The notes under the pieces are model-generated. The model had not been told where the DNA came from, made no database searches, and saw only the letters and a list, made by a program, of their open reading frames with translations. From assembly GCA_965277715.1 (NCBI GenBank), contig OZ255836.1, positions 3,712,001-3,776,000 of the forward strand: 64,000 nt of DNA. The letters are read 5' to 3'. Origin of the DNA: Gammaproteobacteria bacterium (GTDB taxonomy: Bacteria; Pseudomonadota; Gammaproteobacteria; JBCCGL01). Below, one piece after another: positions 39,856 to 50,037 of the stretch. The stretch's first letter is position 1. Each line of letters starts with the position of its first letter. A program made the position numbers and the translations under genes.

Positions 39856-41592
39856 ATGCTCAATAAAATCATCCTGCGCAACGCCGACGAAGACAACTGG
39901 CTGTGTTTTTCCAGGCCTGTTGACGTGTTTGATATACATACGCTGGGCGCTGTGCTGCCAACACTTGAGCGCATCGAGCAGCGGGTTAATGATGACGCTT
40001 TGTACGCCGCTGGGTTTATCAGCTACGAAGCTGCACCCGCTTTCGACCCCGCCTGTACGGTGAAGCACGACGCCGGATTCCCACTCCTACGCTTTGGTTT
40101 ATTCGACTCAGTAGAGGTAATTACCCAGCTTGATGATGCCGCCCCCTTAAACCCACTCAGTTGGCAGATGGATAGCGCGCCAGCCTACTACCGCAAGAAA
40201 ATCGACCAGATTAAAACGCACATCCACGCGGGCGATACCTATCAGGTTAACTACACCGTCCGCCAATACGCTGAGGCGGTCAACTCGGCCTGGTCGCTAT
40301 TCTGCCAGTTAGGTACAGACAGCCCCTACGCCGCGTATATCGATTGTGACGACTGGGCAATTTGCAGCGCTTCACCGGAACTGTTTTTTCAACTGGATGG
40401 CAACGCACTTCACTCACGACCGATGAAAGGCACCGCTGCACGTGGCGCCAGCCTGCGCGAAGATGAGGAGCAAAAAAGCTGGCTGCGCAACTCGCAAAAA
40501 AACCGTGCCGAAAATGTCATGATCGTCGATATGATCCGCAACGACATTGGCCGTGTCGCGGTACCGGGCAGCGTTACCGCAGCGCATTTGTTCCGCGTTG
40601 AAACCTACCCCACAGTGTTACAAATGACATCCACGGTGAGCGCGCAAACCCATAGCAGTGTTACGCAGATTATGCAGGCGCTGTTTCCCTGCGCCTCGAT
40701 CACCGGCGCGCCCAAGGTAAACACCATGCGGTTAATCACCGCGCTGGAGGATTCACCACGGCGTATCTACACCGGCGCTATCGGCTATATCGGCCCACAA
40801 CGAAAAGCGCGGTTCAGCGTTGCGATCCGCACGGCGCTGGTCAACCGGCGCACTGGGCAGGCCTGTTATGGCAGCGGTGGTGGTATTGTCTGGGATTCCA
40901 ATGCCAGTGAAGAGCTGGCAGAAATTGCCACGAAATCCCATATATTGGGCAGGCCGGGGCAGCGGGATTATTTTCGCCTTATCGAATCCCTGTTATGGAC
41001 GGGCAGTGGCTACTTTTTACTGGAGCGGCATATTACACGTATGCTCAATTCGGCGATGCATTTCGCCTTTACCGGGCGTGAAGCTGCCATCCGCCAGAAA
41101 CTCGACGCGTTGCAGGCAAAGCTGCCCAACTGCCACTGCAAAGTGCGCCTATTGCTTGCTGAAGATGGCGCGCTAAGCGCTGAATACGCCGTCATCGACA
41201 AAACCGACACAGCCATAAAAACCGCCAGACTATCGCCTTTTTCAGTCGATGAAAACAGTATCTGGCTGAGGCATAAAACCACCATAAGAACACTCTATGA
41301 CGAGGCGCTTGCCGCTTGCGAAGGGGCCGACCAGGTATTACTGTACGACAGGCAGGGTTTGCTAACAGAATCGGCAACCGCCAATATCGCCATCAAGGTA
41401 GCGGGGCGTTGGCTGACGCCATCACCAGGCGGCTTATTACCCGGTACGTTTCGCGCTGAAATGATCGCCAGAGGCGAATTGACCGAGACCGACATCCCCC
41501 AGCTATCGTTGGTCGATGCCGATGAAATCCGCCTGCTAAATTCGGTGCGTGAATGGATACCCGTTAAATTGCTAAGAGCTGTCAAACCATAA
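39856..41592 (+). CDS. pabB: Aminodeoxychorismate synthase component I fused to an ADC lyase-like domain
   Basis: GDTYQVNYT, SPELF, PMKGT, AENVMIVDMIRND and FPCASITGAPK. C terminus has RHKTT and GLLPGTFR. Confidence 0.92.
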   Translation: MLNKIILRNADEDNWLCFSRPVDVFDIHTLGAVLPTLERIEQRVNDDALYAAGFISYEAAPAFDPACTVKHDAGFPLLRFGLFDSVEVITQLDDAAPLNPLSWQMDSAPAYYRKKIDQIKTHIHAGDTYQVNYTVRQYAEAVNSAWSLFCQLGTDSPYAAYIDCDDWAICSASPELFFQLDGNALHSRPMKGTAARGASLREDEEQKSWLRNSQKNRAENVMIVDMIRNDIGRVAVPGSVTAAHLFRVETYPTVLQMTSTVSAQTHSSVTQIMQALFPCASITGAPKVNTMRLITALEDSPRRIYTGAIGYIGPQRKARFSVAIRTALVNRRTGQACYGSGGGIVWDSNASEELAEIATKSHILGRPGQRDYFRLIESLLWTGSGYFLLERHITRMLNSAMHFAFTGREAAIRQKLDALQAKLPNCHCKVRLLLAEDGALSAEYAVIDKTDTAIKTARLSPFSVDENSIWLRHKTTIRTLYDEALAACEGADQVLLYDRQGLLTESATANIAIKVAGRWLTPSPGGLLPGTFRAEMIARGELTETDIPQLSLVDADEIRLLNSVREWIPVKLLRAVKP

Positions 41593-41608
41593 TGAATAGG
41601 TGAGCTGT

Positions 41609-42076
41609 ATGAATGATGATCATCAAATATCCACGTCTAATAGTGATCAGGCCACTGTTGAATACGTTGGTTTTTGGTTGCGTGTCTTAGCCAGCCTGTT
41701 CGATACCCTGTTAATCATCATCATGCTGGTGCCTATTATCATCGGCGTGTCCAGTCTGCTCGGCTTGTCCTATGTAGCGTTTGTGTACGAGACAAGCACC
41801 CTATCGATTATTGTGCAGTATGTACTGCCTGCTATCGTGGTGATTCTGTTTTGGGTGGTGAAATCGGCGACGCCGGGAAAGTCGCTGATCGGCGCTAAAA
41901 TTGTCGATGCAGACAGCGGCACCCAGCCCTCTACCGGGCAGTTCGTCGGTCGTTATCTGGGGTACTATATTGCAACAATACCGTTGTTTCTGGGGCTGTT
42001 GTGGGTCGGCTGGGATAGAAGAAAACAAGGTTGGCACGATAAACTCGCGGGCACGGTTGTCGTGCGTGGCAAATAA
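41609..42076 (+). CDS. RDD family membrane protein
   Basis: YVGFWLRVLASLFD, ATPGK and KQGWHDKLAGTVVV. Confidence 0.92.
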   Translation: MNDDHQISTSNSDQATVEYVGFWLRVLASLFDTLLIIIMLVPIIIGVSSLLGLSYVAFVYETSTLSIIVQYVLPAIVVILFWVVKSATPGKSLIGAKIVDADSGTQPSTGQFVGRYLGYYIATIPLFLGLLWVGWDRRKQGWHDKLAGTVVVRGK

Positions 42077-42118
42077 CATTGTATTAAAACGGAAACGGGT
42101 ATAACTGAGCCGAGTGTG

Positions 42119-42883
42119 ATGACTAAATTAAGTGTCAATCTGAATAAAATTGCCTTGCTGCGCAATTCGCGTGGTCGCGACTTTCCTAATGTCGTGGCGT
42201 TTGCCAAAAAATTTATCGGCCTGGGAGTGCACGGCATCACCATCCACCCACGCCCGGACGAACGCCATATCCACCGCCGTGATGCCTACGATCTGGCCGA
42301 CTGTTTAATCAATTACCCCGGTGTTGAACTCAATATAGAAGGCTACCCCACAGAAGATTTTCTGCGCCTTATTGAAGACACCCAACCAGACCAATGCACC
42401 CTGGTGCCCGATGCTGAAAATCAACTCACCTCCGATCACGGCTGGGATCTGCTTACCCACGGTGACGGTTTGCGCGATACCCTGTCACGCATTAAAGAAG
42501 CAGGTGTGCGCTGCGCCACTTTTCTCGACCCGGATTGCGCCCAGGTTGAGTGTGCCGCCGCTATCGGTGTCGACCGTATCGAGCTATACACCGAAGCTTA
42601 CGCCAGCGCTTTTGAGCAAGACCCGACAAATAGCGGCCACTACAAAACCCTGTTACAGGGCTATGCCAACGCCAGCGCGTTAGCGCGTCAGTTGGGTGTC
42701 GGTGTCAACGCGGGCCATGATCTCGATCTACACAACCTGCCAGCCTTCCTCAGTATTGGCGGCGTTCTCGAAGTTTCGATAGGCCATGTATTGACGGTGG
42801 AGTGCATCGAACAGGGCATGGCCAATGTGGTGCGGCAATATTTACACATTTGTGCCGAGTCGTCAGATACGTCAGCCCTGTAA
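42119..42883 (+). CDS. pdxJ: Pyridoxine 5'-phosphate synthase
   Basis: LSVNLNKIALLRNSR, HPRPDERHI, NIEG, NAGHDL and EVSIGH. Confidence 0.96.
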   Translation: MTKLSVNLNKIALLRNSRGRDFPNVVAFAKKFIGLGVHGITIHPRPDERHIHRRDAYDLADCLINYPGVELNIEGYPTEDFLRLIEDTQPDQCTLVPDAENQLTSDHGWDLLTHGDGLRDTLSRIKEAGVRCATFLDPDCAQVECAAAIGVDRIELYTEAYASAFEQDPTNSGHYKTLLQGYANASALARQLGVGVNAGHDLDLHNLPAFLSIGGVLEVSIGHVLTVECIEQGMANVVRQYLHICAESSDTSAL

Positions 42884-42943
42884 ATGAACGGTACAATAAT
42901 GTCCTGCATAAAAATATATACATAAGTAATAAGCTGATTCACC

Positions 42944-43486
42944 ATGCCCTTTTTTCTGACCGCCAAACATTGGCAGCTTTTTCTGTTACTCGCTATTCCG
43001 CTGGTGACGTTTCGATTTTTTGGCGCTGGTTTTTCAGTGTTGCAACAGGGCCTAATGTTATTTTTATTTGTCGCCGTCATGGCGGGTTGGTTGTACTCGG
43101 TGGGAATGGCGGCCAATAATAAACTGGTGTCGGCGCTGAAGATGAACACCGTGTTGTTTAAACTGAGCTTGGCACTGCCCGTGTTGTATATGTCGATAGT
43201 ATTTTTTGTCGTGCTGGTGCCGCTGAGTCAGCATGGGCAAAGCTTTCGGCCACCCCAGTGGACAGTGCCGGTGCATTTTTTGGCATTGGCTGGGTTTGCC
43301 TATGCATTGTGGTTTTGCGCCCGCCAATTTGTCAGCCTGCAAAAAGACCGAAGAGCGGCGTATATTGAATTTGCCTTTCCGTTGCTGGGGTTTTGGTTTG
43401 GTTTGCTTGGTGTATGGTTTTTGCAACCTAAGATCAACCAGTTGTTAGGCGGCTCACCCAGTGCACAGCCACCCTCTGATTCATAA
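42944..43486 (+). CDS. Hypothetical membrane protein
   Basis: AKHWQLFLL start, about 5 TM segments and GVWFLQPKIN end. Confidence 0.75.
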   Translation: MPFFLTAKHWQLFLLLAIPLVTFRFFGAGFSVLQQGLMLFLFVAVMAGWLYSVGMAANNKLVSALKMNTVLFKLSLALPVLYMSIVFFVVLVPLSQHGQSFRPPQWTVPVHFLALAGFAYALWFCARQFVSLQKDRRAAYIEFAFPLLGFWFGLLGVWFLQPKINQLLGGSPSAQPPSDS

Positions 43487-43788
43487 TTAAATGCGGGGGC
43501 ATATTTTATTTTTTACGTTTACTTTTTTAAATGTTTAATCAAGGAGTGGCACAGTGGTAAATCAAATACTGACCGGCAAAAACGGCGATAGTGGGGTAGG
43601 CATTCGCCGGGATGAAGAACGAATCAACGCAATCCACTTGCAGCACACATTTTATCGGGCTAGGCTAATGTGTGGTGTCGTAACATTTCGGTTGGATTAT
43701 GTTTGCAAGTGCCAATCAATCAGGTACGCCGCTTAATATCTCAAATACTTGATTTACTCATAGCTCCGTTTACAGAGGAATAATACAG

Positions 43789-44454
43789 ATGAAATTTTCG
43801 CGCACCATCAAAGTGATATTGTTGCGTTTAGGGCTGGGGCTTTGCTGCCTGATAACCGCCCCGGCGCACACCGCCGAATTCGCCATTGGCGCCAATCTTA
43901 GTACCTTGGGGGCTGGTGTTTCGGCCACCCTCGGGTTGAATGATGAACTCAACGCACGTGTGGCCTACAACCGCTTTACCGAGAGCGACGAGACCACCTC
44001 GAATGGGATTGCCTACAATGTTGATCTGGAGCTAGAGGGTACGTCACTGCTGCTGGATTGGTATGCATTCGGCGGTACTTTTCGCTTTACTGGCGGCATT
44101 GTCGCCCATACCAGCGATATTGTAGGGGTGGCGAGGACAACTGGCTCGGTGAATATTGGCGGTACAACTTTCACATCAGCACAGGTCGGCACGCTGCGTG
44201 GAGTGGTCGATTTCCCCAGCGCTGCCCCCTACCTTGGCATCGGTTGGGGCAACCCAGTGTCGGGTGAGGCCGGGTTGAGTTTTGCCGCCGATATTGGCGT
44301 CTTCTACATCGGTTCGGCAGATTTCGATTTGAATTCCAGCTCTGGACTGGTGCCGGAAGCTAATATCGTCGCCGAGGAAAGAGAGGTAGAAAACGATCTG
44401 GATGATCTTAATTTCTACCCTGTGCTGAGAGTTGGATTGGCCTACCATTTTTAA
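43789..44454 (+). CDS. Outer membrane beta-barrel protein
   Basis: Signal peptide, STLGAG, APYLGIGWGN and terminal GLAYHF. Confidence 0.82.
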   Translation: MKFSRTIKVILLRLGLGLCCLITAPAHTAEFAIGANLSTLGAGVSATLGLNDELNARVAYNRFTESDETTSNGIAYNVDLELEGTSLLLDWYAFGGTFRFTGGIVAHTSDIVGVARTTGSVNIGGTTFTSAQVGTLRGVVDFPSAAPYLGIGWGNPVSGEAGLSFAADIGVFYIGSADFDLNSSSGLVPEANIVAEEREVENDLDDLNFYPVLRVGLAYHF

Positions 44455-44489
44455 CCCTTAGTCGGCTTCCCTTCGGGTGTATTTTCTAT

Positions 44490-44529
44490 ACCCCGTGTAT
44501 TTACTCGTATGCAAGTTGATACACGGGGT
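44490..44529. repeat. Palindromic repeat family A, copy 4 (degenerate)
   Basis: ACCCCGTGTATTTACTCGTATGCAAGTTGATACACGGGGT, with a compensatory A-T to G-C change in the stem. Confidence 0.8.
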
Positions 44530-44548
44530 CCGGGTTTAAACTAAACAA

Positions 44549-45010
44549 ATGACGAAAATACGCCAGGCCAGGGCCGAAGATACCCCACAGATTGTGCAGT
44601 TACTGCAAATCAATGAGTTGCCAATCAGTGATATAGCCGCACCTGAAATTGATTTTCAGGTGCTGGCATTAGCGGGTGCAGTAGTGGCCTGCGGGGCTTT
44701 GGAACGGCTCGATAACGCCTGCCTGTTGCGCTCGCTGGCAGTCGATCAGGCGCACCGCAAAAAAGGCTACGCCAGCCAACTCTGTGGACACTTGATACAG
44801 CGCGCCACAACCCAGGGTTATGGGGATATATTTCTGTTAACCACTGACGCTGCCGGGTATTTCACCCGACACGGCTTCGCCCGTACCGACCGGCACAGGG
44901 CGCCACAGGTTATCCAGCAATCCCGCCAGTTTAGCCAGTTATGTCCAGGCTCGGCGGTAGTGATGAAGTGCTGTCAGGGTATCGATAAATATACCGCTTC
45001 CCCGGTTTAG
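44549..45010 (+). CDS. GNAT N-acetyltransferase, ArsN2-like
   Basis: LLRSLAV, LLTTDAAGYF and SRQFSQLCPGSAVVM. Confidence 0.85.
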   Translation: MTKIRQARAEDTPQIVQLLQINELPISDIAAPEIDFQVLALAGAVVACGALERLDNACLLRSLAVDQAHRKKGYASQLCGHLIQRATTQGYGDIFLLTTDAAGYFTRHGFARTDRHRAPQVIQQSRQFSQLCPGSAVVMKCCQGIDKYTASPV

Positions 45011-45276
45011 TGCACTTCTTCGCCTCCCTGGCTTTTCATTCTGTTCAGCAGTTTAATGACTTCGACCAGATTGGCCTGTAATTTTTCGTAGCCAACAACA
45101 TCGCCCACCGTCATCAGGTCCAGCAGGCTATTGTTGGTGCGGCTCTGTACCGATTGCTCCAGAAAGCTTATGGCGTCCTTGACAGCGGTGGGCGGGTTTT
45201 CGATTTTTTGTAGCATTCTCAGTGCTTGTAGTACTTCATTCAACATGGAGAGAGTCTCTTGGGTCGGTTTTGTCAT
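45007..45276 (-). CDS. Hypothetical small helical protein
   Basis: 89-aa ORF with an ATG start and a protein-like amphipathic pattern. Confidence 0.6.
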   Translation of the reverse strand: MTKPTQETLSMLNEVLQALRMLQKIENPPTAVKDAISFLEQSVQSRTNNSLLDLMTVGDVVGYEKLQANLVEVIKLLNRMKSQGGEEVH

Positions 45277-45620
45277 AGTGTTTGTTAAAGAAAAATTGTT
45301 TATGTGAATCTATCATTATCGTATTACCTGTACGGTGTAACTGGATATTACTTCCTGCCAGGCACTATAATATTAGCTGCCTTGCCCCACTATTTATAAA
45401 ATAAATAAATTTTCATTTTAAATCAACTACTTAAAAAATATTCTGAAACTATAATTCACGTGTTTTCACTCTTCTATCCGCAGGTAGATGCAGACTTTAC
45501 CTGGCATGGCGCCTCTGTAAATACGGTATATACCCCCACTCAGCCTGTTTATCGTCTATGGTTACCACACCCCCTTCACGCATTGTTTGATCCAGTCATT
45601 TATCTGGGGAGTGATCTGTA

Positions 45621-46994
45621 ATGAAAATCATTGTACTTGGCGCCGGGCAGGTAGGTTCCAGCGTCGCGCAAAGCCTGCTGCGGGAAAACAACGATGTCAC
45701 CGTCGTCGATACCGATACGGATGTGCTGCAAGACCTACAGGACAGGCTGGATCTACGCACCGTTGTCGGTGTGGCATCCCACCCTGGTGTGTTGCGTAGC
45801 GCCGGGGTGGAAGACGCCGATATGATTATCGCCGCGACCAATAGCGATGAAGTCAATATGGTCGCCTGCCAAATTGCCTATACACTGTTTCACACACCCA
45901 CCAAAATTGCCCGCCTGCGCGCTCAGGAATACATGCAGGAGCAAGACCTTTTTTGTAACCAGGCAACCCCTATCGACGTTGTTATCAGCCCGGAACGGCT
46001 GGTGACCAACCATATTCAGCGCATCATCGAAAACCCTGGCGCCCTACAAGTGCTCGACTTTGCCGATGGCAAGGTGCGCCTGGTTGCGGTGCAGGCTTAT
46101 TACGGAGGCCCGCTGGTAGGCCACCAGATCCGCGAATTGCGCGAGCACATTCCCAACGTCGATACCCGTGTGGCGGCCATCTATCGCGAGGGCCAGGCCA
46201 TCACCCCCACCGGTGACACCACCGTGCAGGCTGACGATGAAGTTTTCTTCGTCGCCTCGCGTAAACACACGGCAGTAGTGATGAGCGAGATGCGCCGTCG
46301 CGACAAACCCATCAAGCGCATCATGATCGCCGGGGGGGGCAATATCGGCAAGTCACTGGCTGAAGCATTGGAAGACGACTACAAAGTCAAACTGATCGAG
46401 ACCAACCCCAGGCGCGCCGAACAACTGGCCGAGTCACTGGACAACACGCTGGTATTGCACGGCGATGCCGCCGATCAGGAGCTGCTGATCGAGGAAAACA
46501 TCGACGATATGGATTTCTTCTGCGCGCTCACCAATGATGATGAGGCCAACATCCTCTCGGCAATGCTGGCCAAGCGCATGGGTGCCAATAAAGTCATGTC
46601 CCTGATTAACCGGCCCGCCTACGTCGACCTGGTTGAGAGCAACATCATCGATATCGCCATCTCCCCCCAGCAAATTACCATCGGCGCCCTGCTCACCCAT
46701 GTGCGGCGTGGCGATGTGGTCGCGGTGCACGCTTTACGGCGTGGTGCTGCCGAGGCACTGGAGGCCATTGCCCACGGTGACAGCAGTACCTCCGCCATCG
46801 TCGGTAAACGCATCGACCAGATTGAGCTGCCGGACAACGCATCTATCGGCGCACTTGTGCGCAATGGCGAGGTCTTCATCGCCCACGACGACCTGATTAT
46901 TGAAGCTGAAGACCATATGATTCTGTTTCTGGGCGACAAAAGCCAGATACCCGATGTGGAAAAATTATTCCAGGTCGGCATCACCTTTATATAA
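45621..46994 (+). CDS. trkA: Trk K+ uptake NAD-binding subunit
   Basis: [27 protein letters not shown] and [15 protein letters not shown]. Confidence 0.97.
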   Translation: MKIIVLGAGQVGSSVAQSLLRENNDVTVVDTDTDVLQDLQDRLDLRTVVGVASHPGVLRSAGVEDADMIIAATNSDEVNMVACQIAYTLFHTPTKIARLRAQEYMQEQDLFCNQATPIDVVISPERLVTNHIQRIIENPGALQVLDFADGKVRLVAVQAYYGGPLVGHQIRELREHIPNVDTRVAAIYREGQAITPTGDTTVQADDEVFFVASRKHTAVVMSEMRRRDKPIKRIMIAGGGNIGKSLAEALEDDYKVKLIETNPRRAEQLAESLDNTLVLHGDAADQELLIEENIDDMDFFCALTNDDEANILSAMLAKRMGANKVMSLINRPAYVDLVESNIIDIAISPQQITIGALLTHVRRGDVVAVHALRRGAAEALEAIAHGDSSTSAIVGKRIDQIELPDNASIGALVRNGEVFIAHDDLIIEAEDHMILFLGDKSQIPDVEKLFQVGITFI

Positions 46995-47008
46995 ACCACA
47001 CAGCCCCT

Positions 47009-48457
47009 ATGCAATTCACTGTTATCCAGCGCGTTCTCGGCATCTTGCTGACCTTGTTCAGCACCGCGTTGCTCCCGCCACTGTTGATGTCGATATACTT
47101 TAATGACGGTGCTGCCGGGGCTTTTCTAAACGCCTTTTTATTAATTCTGTTCTGCGGGCTGCTGCTTACCTGGCCGGTATACAAAGTGAGAAAACCCCTG
47201 CGCCTGCGGGACGGTTTTGTCGTGGTGGTGATGTTCTGGACAGTGCTGGGCGTGGCCGGTGGCCTGCCACTCTACTTCAGTGAATCCCTGACACTGAGTC
47301 TAATGCAGGCGATATTTGAGTCTTTATCCGGACTCACCACTACAGGCGCCACCGTCATCACCGGGCTGGAAGCCCTGCCTGCCTCGCTGCTATTTTACCG
47401 CCAGGAACTGCAATGGCTCGGCGGTATGGGCATCATCGTATTGGCGGTGGCCATCCTGCCTATGCTCGGTATTGGCGGTATGCAACTCTACCGCGCCGAG
47501 GCTTCCGGCCCACAAAAAGACAGCAAAATGACCCCGCGCATCGCCGAGACCGCCAAGGCACTGTGGTATATCTACCTGGCGCTGACGGTCGCCTGCGCAC
47601 TCGCTTACTACCTGGCGGGTATGAATCTGTTCGATGCCATCGCCCACGCCTTTTCAACCGTTGCCATCGGTGGTTTCTCAACCCACGATGCCAGCATCGG
47701 TTACTTCAACAGTACCGCCATCGAAATGGTCGCGGTGGTTTTTATGCTGCTCTCCGGAGTCAACTTTGCCCTGCACTTTGCCGCCGTGCGCAAGCGCAGC
47801 CTGCACCCCTACCACCAAGACACCGAATTCTCTGCCTACCTGTTATTCCTCGGTTGCATCGCACTGGTTTCGCTGGGTTACCTCTACCTGTCAAACATCT
47901 ACAGCTTTAGCGATTCAGTCACACGCGGCCTGTTTCAAGCGGTATCGATTGGCACCACCACCGGCTTTACTACCGCCGAGTACTTCAATTGGCCGGGGTT
48001 CCTCCCCGTATTATTGTTGTTCGCCAGCTTTGTCGGCGGCTGTGCCGGGTCGACCGGTGGTGGCATGAAGGTGATTCGCGTGCTACTGCTGTTCAAACAG
48101 GGGCAGCGCGAGCTAACCCGCCTGGTACACCCCAACGCACACATCCTCGTTAAAATCGGTAAAAAACGCGTGAGTAAACGCACTATCGACGTCGTTTGGG
48201 GCTTCTTCGCCGCTTATGTGGCACTGTTCAGCTTCATGTTACTACTGCTGATGGCCTCTGGCCTCGATCAAATCACCGCCTTCTCAGCCGTTGCTGCCTG
48301 CCTTAACAACCTTGGCCCGGGCCTGGGCCAGGTCGGTGCCAACTACGCCACGCTGGACGCCTTTCCACTCCTTATACTGAACATTGCCATGCTGCTTGGT
48401 CGGCTGGAAATATTCACCCTATTAGTACTGTTTACCCCTGCGTTTTGGGATAAATAA
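47009..48457 (+). CDS. trkH: Trk K+ uptake membrane subunit
   Basis: SGLTTTGAT, QWLGGMGII, GGCAGSTGGGMK, NNLGPGLG and GRLEIFT. Confidence 0.97.
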   Translation: MQFTVIQRVLGILLTLFSTALLPPLLMSIYFNDGAAGAFLNAFLLILFCGLLLTWPVYKVRKPLRLRDGFVVVVMFWTVLGVAGGLPLYFSESLTLSLMQAIFESLSGLTTTGATVITGLEALPASLLFYRQELQWLGGMGIIVLAVAILPMLGIGGMQLYRAEASGPQKDSKMTPRIAETAKALWYIYLALTVACALAYYLAGMNLFDAIAHAFSTVAIGGFSTHDASIGYFNSTAIEMVAVVFMLLSGVNFALHFAAVRKRSLHPYHQDTEFSAYLLFLGCIALVSLGYLYLSNIYSFSDSVTRGLFQAVSIGTTTGFTTAEYFNWPGFLPVLLLFASFVGGCAGSTGGGMKVIRVLLLFKQGQRELTRLVHPNAHILVKIGKKRVSKRTIDVVWGFFAAYVALFSFMLLLLMASGLDQITAFSAVAACLNNLGPGLGQVGANYATLDAFPLLILNIAMLLGRLEIFTLLVLFTPAFWDK

Positions 48458-48477
48458 GCGGTGTTTCCCCCGTATCC

Positions 48478-49452
48478 ATGAAAGACACATCGAGGAACAG
48501 CGTACCCAGTGCACAGCAAAAAACGCCCTTTCGCGCCACCCTGCTACACCCCCGTTACTGGAAAAAGTGGAGTGTCATCGCCGTATTAAGCCTGCTCAAC
48601 TTACTGCCCTTCAGCGTGCTCGATGCGCTCGGTACGGCCATCGGTTCACTGTGCTACCGTTACTACCACAAACACCGCCGGGTGGTGCGGCTCAACATCG
48701 ACCGCTGTTTTCCTGCGTTGAGTGATGACGAAAAAAACCACCTGATAAAAACCCACTTCACCGCTTACACACAATCATTGCTGATGCTACCGCTTTTGTG
48801 GTGGGGGCGTGGTGATACGCTCGCCCACCGGGTGACACTTGATAACCGCTCGGTGCTGGATGCCGCACTCGCCAGGGGGCCGGTTATCATCCTCTCTTGC
48901 CACAGCGTTATGCTCAACTACGGTGGCTCTGCCATCGCCTGGCAATACTCGGCAGTCTCCATGTACCGCCGTTTCAAAAACCCCCTGGACGAATGGCTGA
49001 TCCTGCGCGCCCGCAGCCGCTTCAACAACCACCTGGTTGCACGGGGCAGCTCCCTGCGTACCCTTATCCGCCTTACCCGCAGCGGCACCCCCTGCTACCA
49101 TATGCCAGACCAGGACCTGGGTGCAGAAGGCGCCGTATTTGCCCCCTTCTTCGGCCAGCCCAAAGCCACCCTCACCGCCATGGCCAAACTGACACGGGCC
49201 ACACAGGCCAGTGTTGTGCCCTGTTACCCCTACTACCTTGGCAAAGGCCGTTTTAAAGTGCAGTTTCTGCCCGCTATAAACAACTATCCGGGGGATGATG
49301 AAGTGCACAATGCACACATAATCAACCAAACCTTAGAGACCTTAATCCGTCTCCAGCCCGCTCAGTATTTGTGGAAATTACACCTGTTTAAAACAGGCGA
49401 AGATGCTCGGGCAAACCCCTACGACCCCCCTATAGATAAACACATCACATGA
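48478..49452 (+). CDS. Lipid A biosynthesis acyltransferase (LpxL/LpxM family)
   Basis: LLHPRYW, PDQD, FAPFFG and PAQYLW motifs. Confidence 0.85.
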   Translation: MKDTSRNSVPSAQQKTPFRATLLHPRYWKKWSVIAVLSLLNLLPFSVLDALGTAIGSLCYRYYHKHRRVVRLNIDRCFPALSDDEKNHLIKTHFTAYTQSLLMLPLLWWGRGDTLAHRVTLDNRSVLDAALARGPVIILSCHSVMLNYGGSAIAWQYSAVSMYRRFKNPLDEWLILRARSRFNNHLVARGSSLRTLIRLTRSGTPCYHMPDQDLGAEGAVFAPFFGQPKATLTAMAKLTRATQASVVPCYPYYLGKGRFKVQFLPAINNYPGDDEVHNAHIINQTLETLIRLQPAQYLWKLHLFKTGEDARANPYDPPIDKHIT

Positions 49453-49958
49453 CCACCACCAGCAAACTGACGTTGGCACCGGAGGCGAAAAGATTGCGCT
49501 GGCTGTTGCTGCTGGCCGCTGGCTTTTTTCTGTTTGGCATCGCCACCCCGATGATCACCGTTTCCACCTTCATCATCGTTGAAAATGCCTTCTCGGTACT
49601 TTCCGGCGTATTTGAGCTGCTGAAAAACGGGCAAATACTACTGTTTATCATCGTCACTGCCTTTAGCCTTGTCTTGCCGGTTATAAAAATCTGGCTGCTG
49701 TATAACATCCTCTCCAGCCGCCATCCCACCAGCGCAAAAATCCAGCGTTACCTGCACTTAATGCATGAATACGGGCGCTGGGCCATGCTGGATGTGATGG
49801 TGGTGGCGGTATTGATCACGACTGTTAAGCTCGGCGTCATCGCCAGTGTCGAAGTGCACGTTGGCCTTTTCCTGTTTGCGACAGCCGTGTTGCTGATTTC
49901 ATTTATCACCCACAGAGTCGTGCGATTGACCCGTGTACCTGCACCTATCGAAACGTGA
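49449..49958 (+). CDS. Paraquat-inducible protein A family membrane protein
   Basis: FSLVLPVIK and GRWAMLDVMVVAV. Confidence 0.85.
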   Translation: MTTTSKLTLAPEAKRLRWLLLLAAGFFLFGIATPMITVSTFIIVENAFSVLSGVFELLKNGQILLFIIVTAFSLVLPVIKIWLLYNILSSRHPTSAKIQRYLHLMHEYGRWAMLDVMVVAVLITTVKLGVIASVEVHVGLFLFATAVLLISFITHRVVRLTRVPAPIET

Positions 49959-50037
49959 TTTTTTGGTTGCGTTAACTTTGCGTGTCGATTTGGTTTGGCA
50001 GGCAAACTGTACGCTATCATTATTACTACTTCAAAAC

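Noticed and set aside
39856-41592. PabB-PabC fusion as a novelty
   Set aside because: A known and fairly common architecture.
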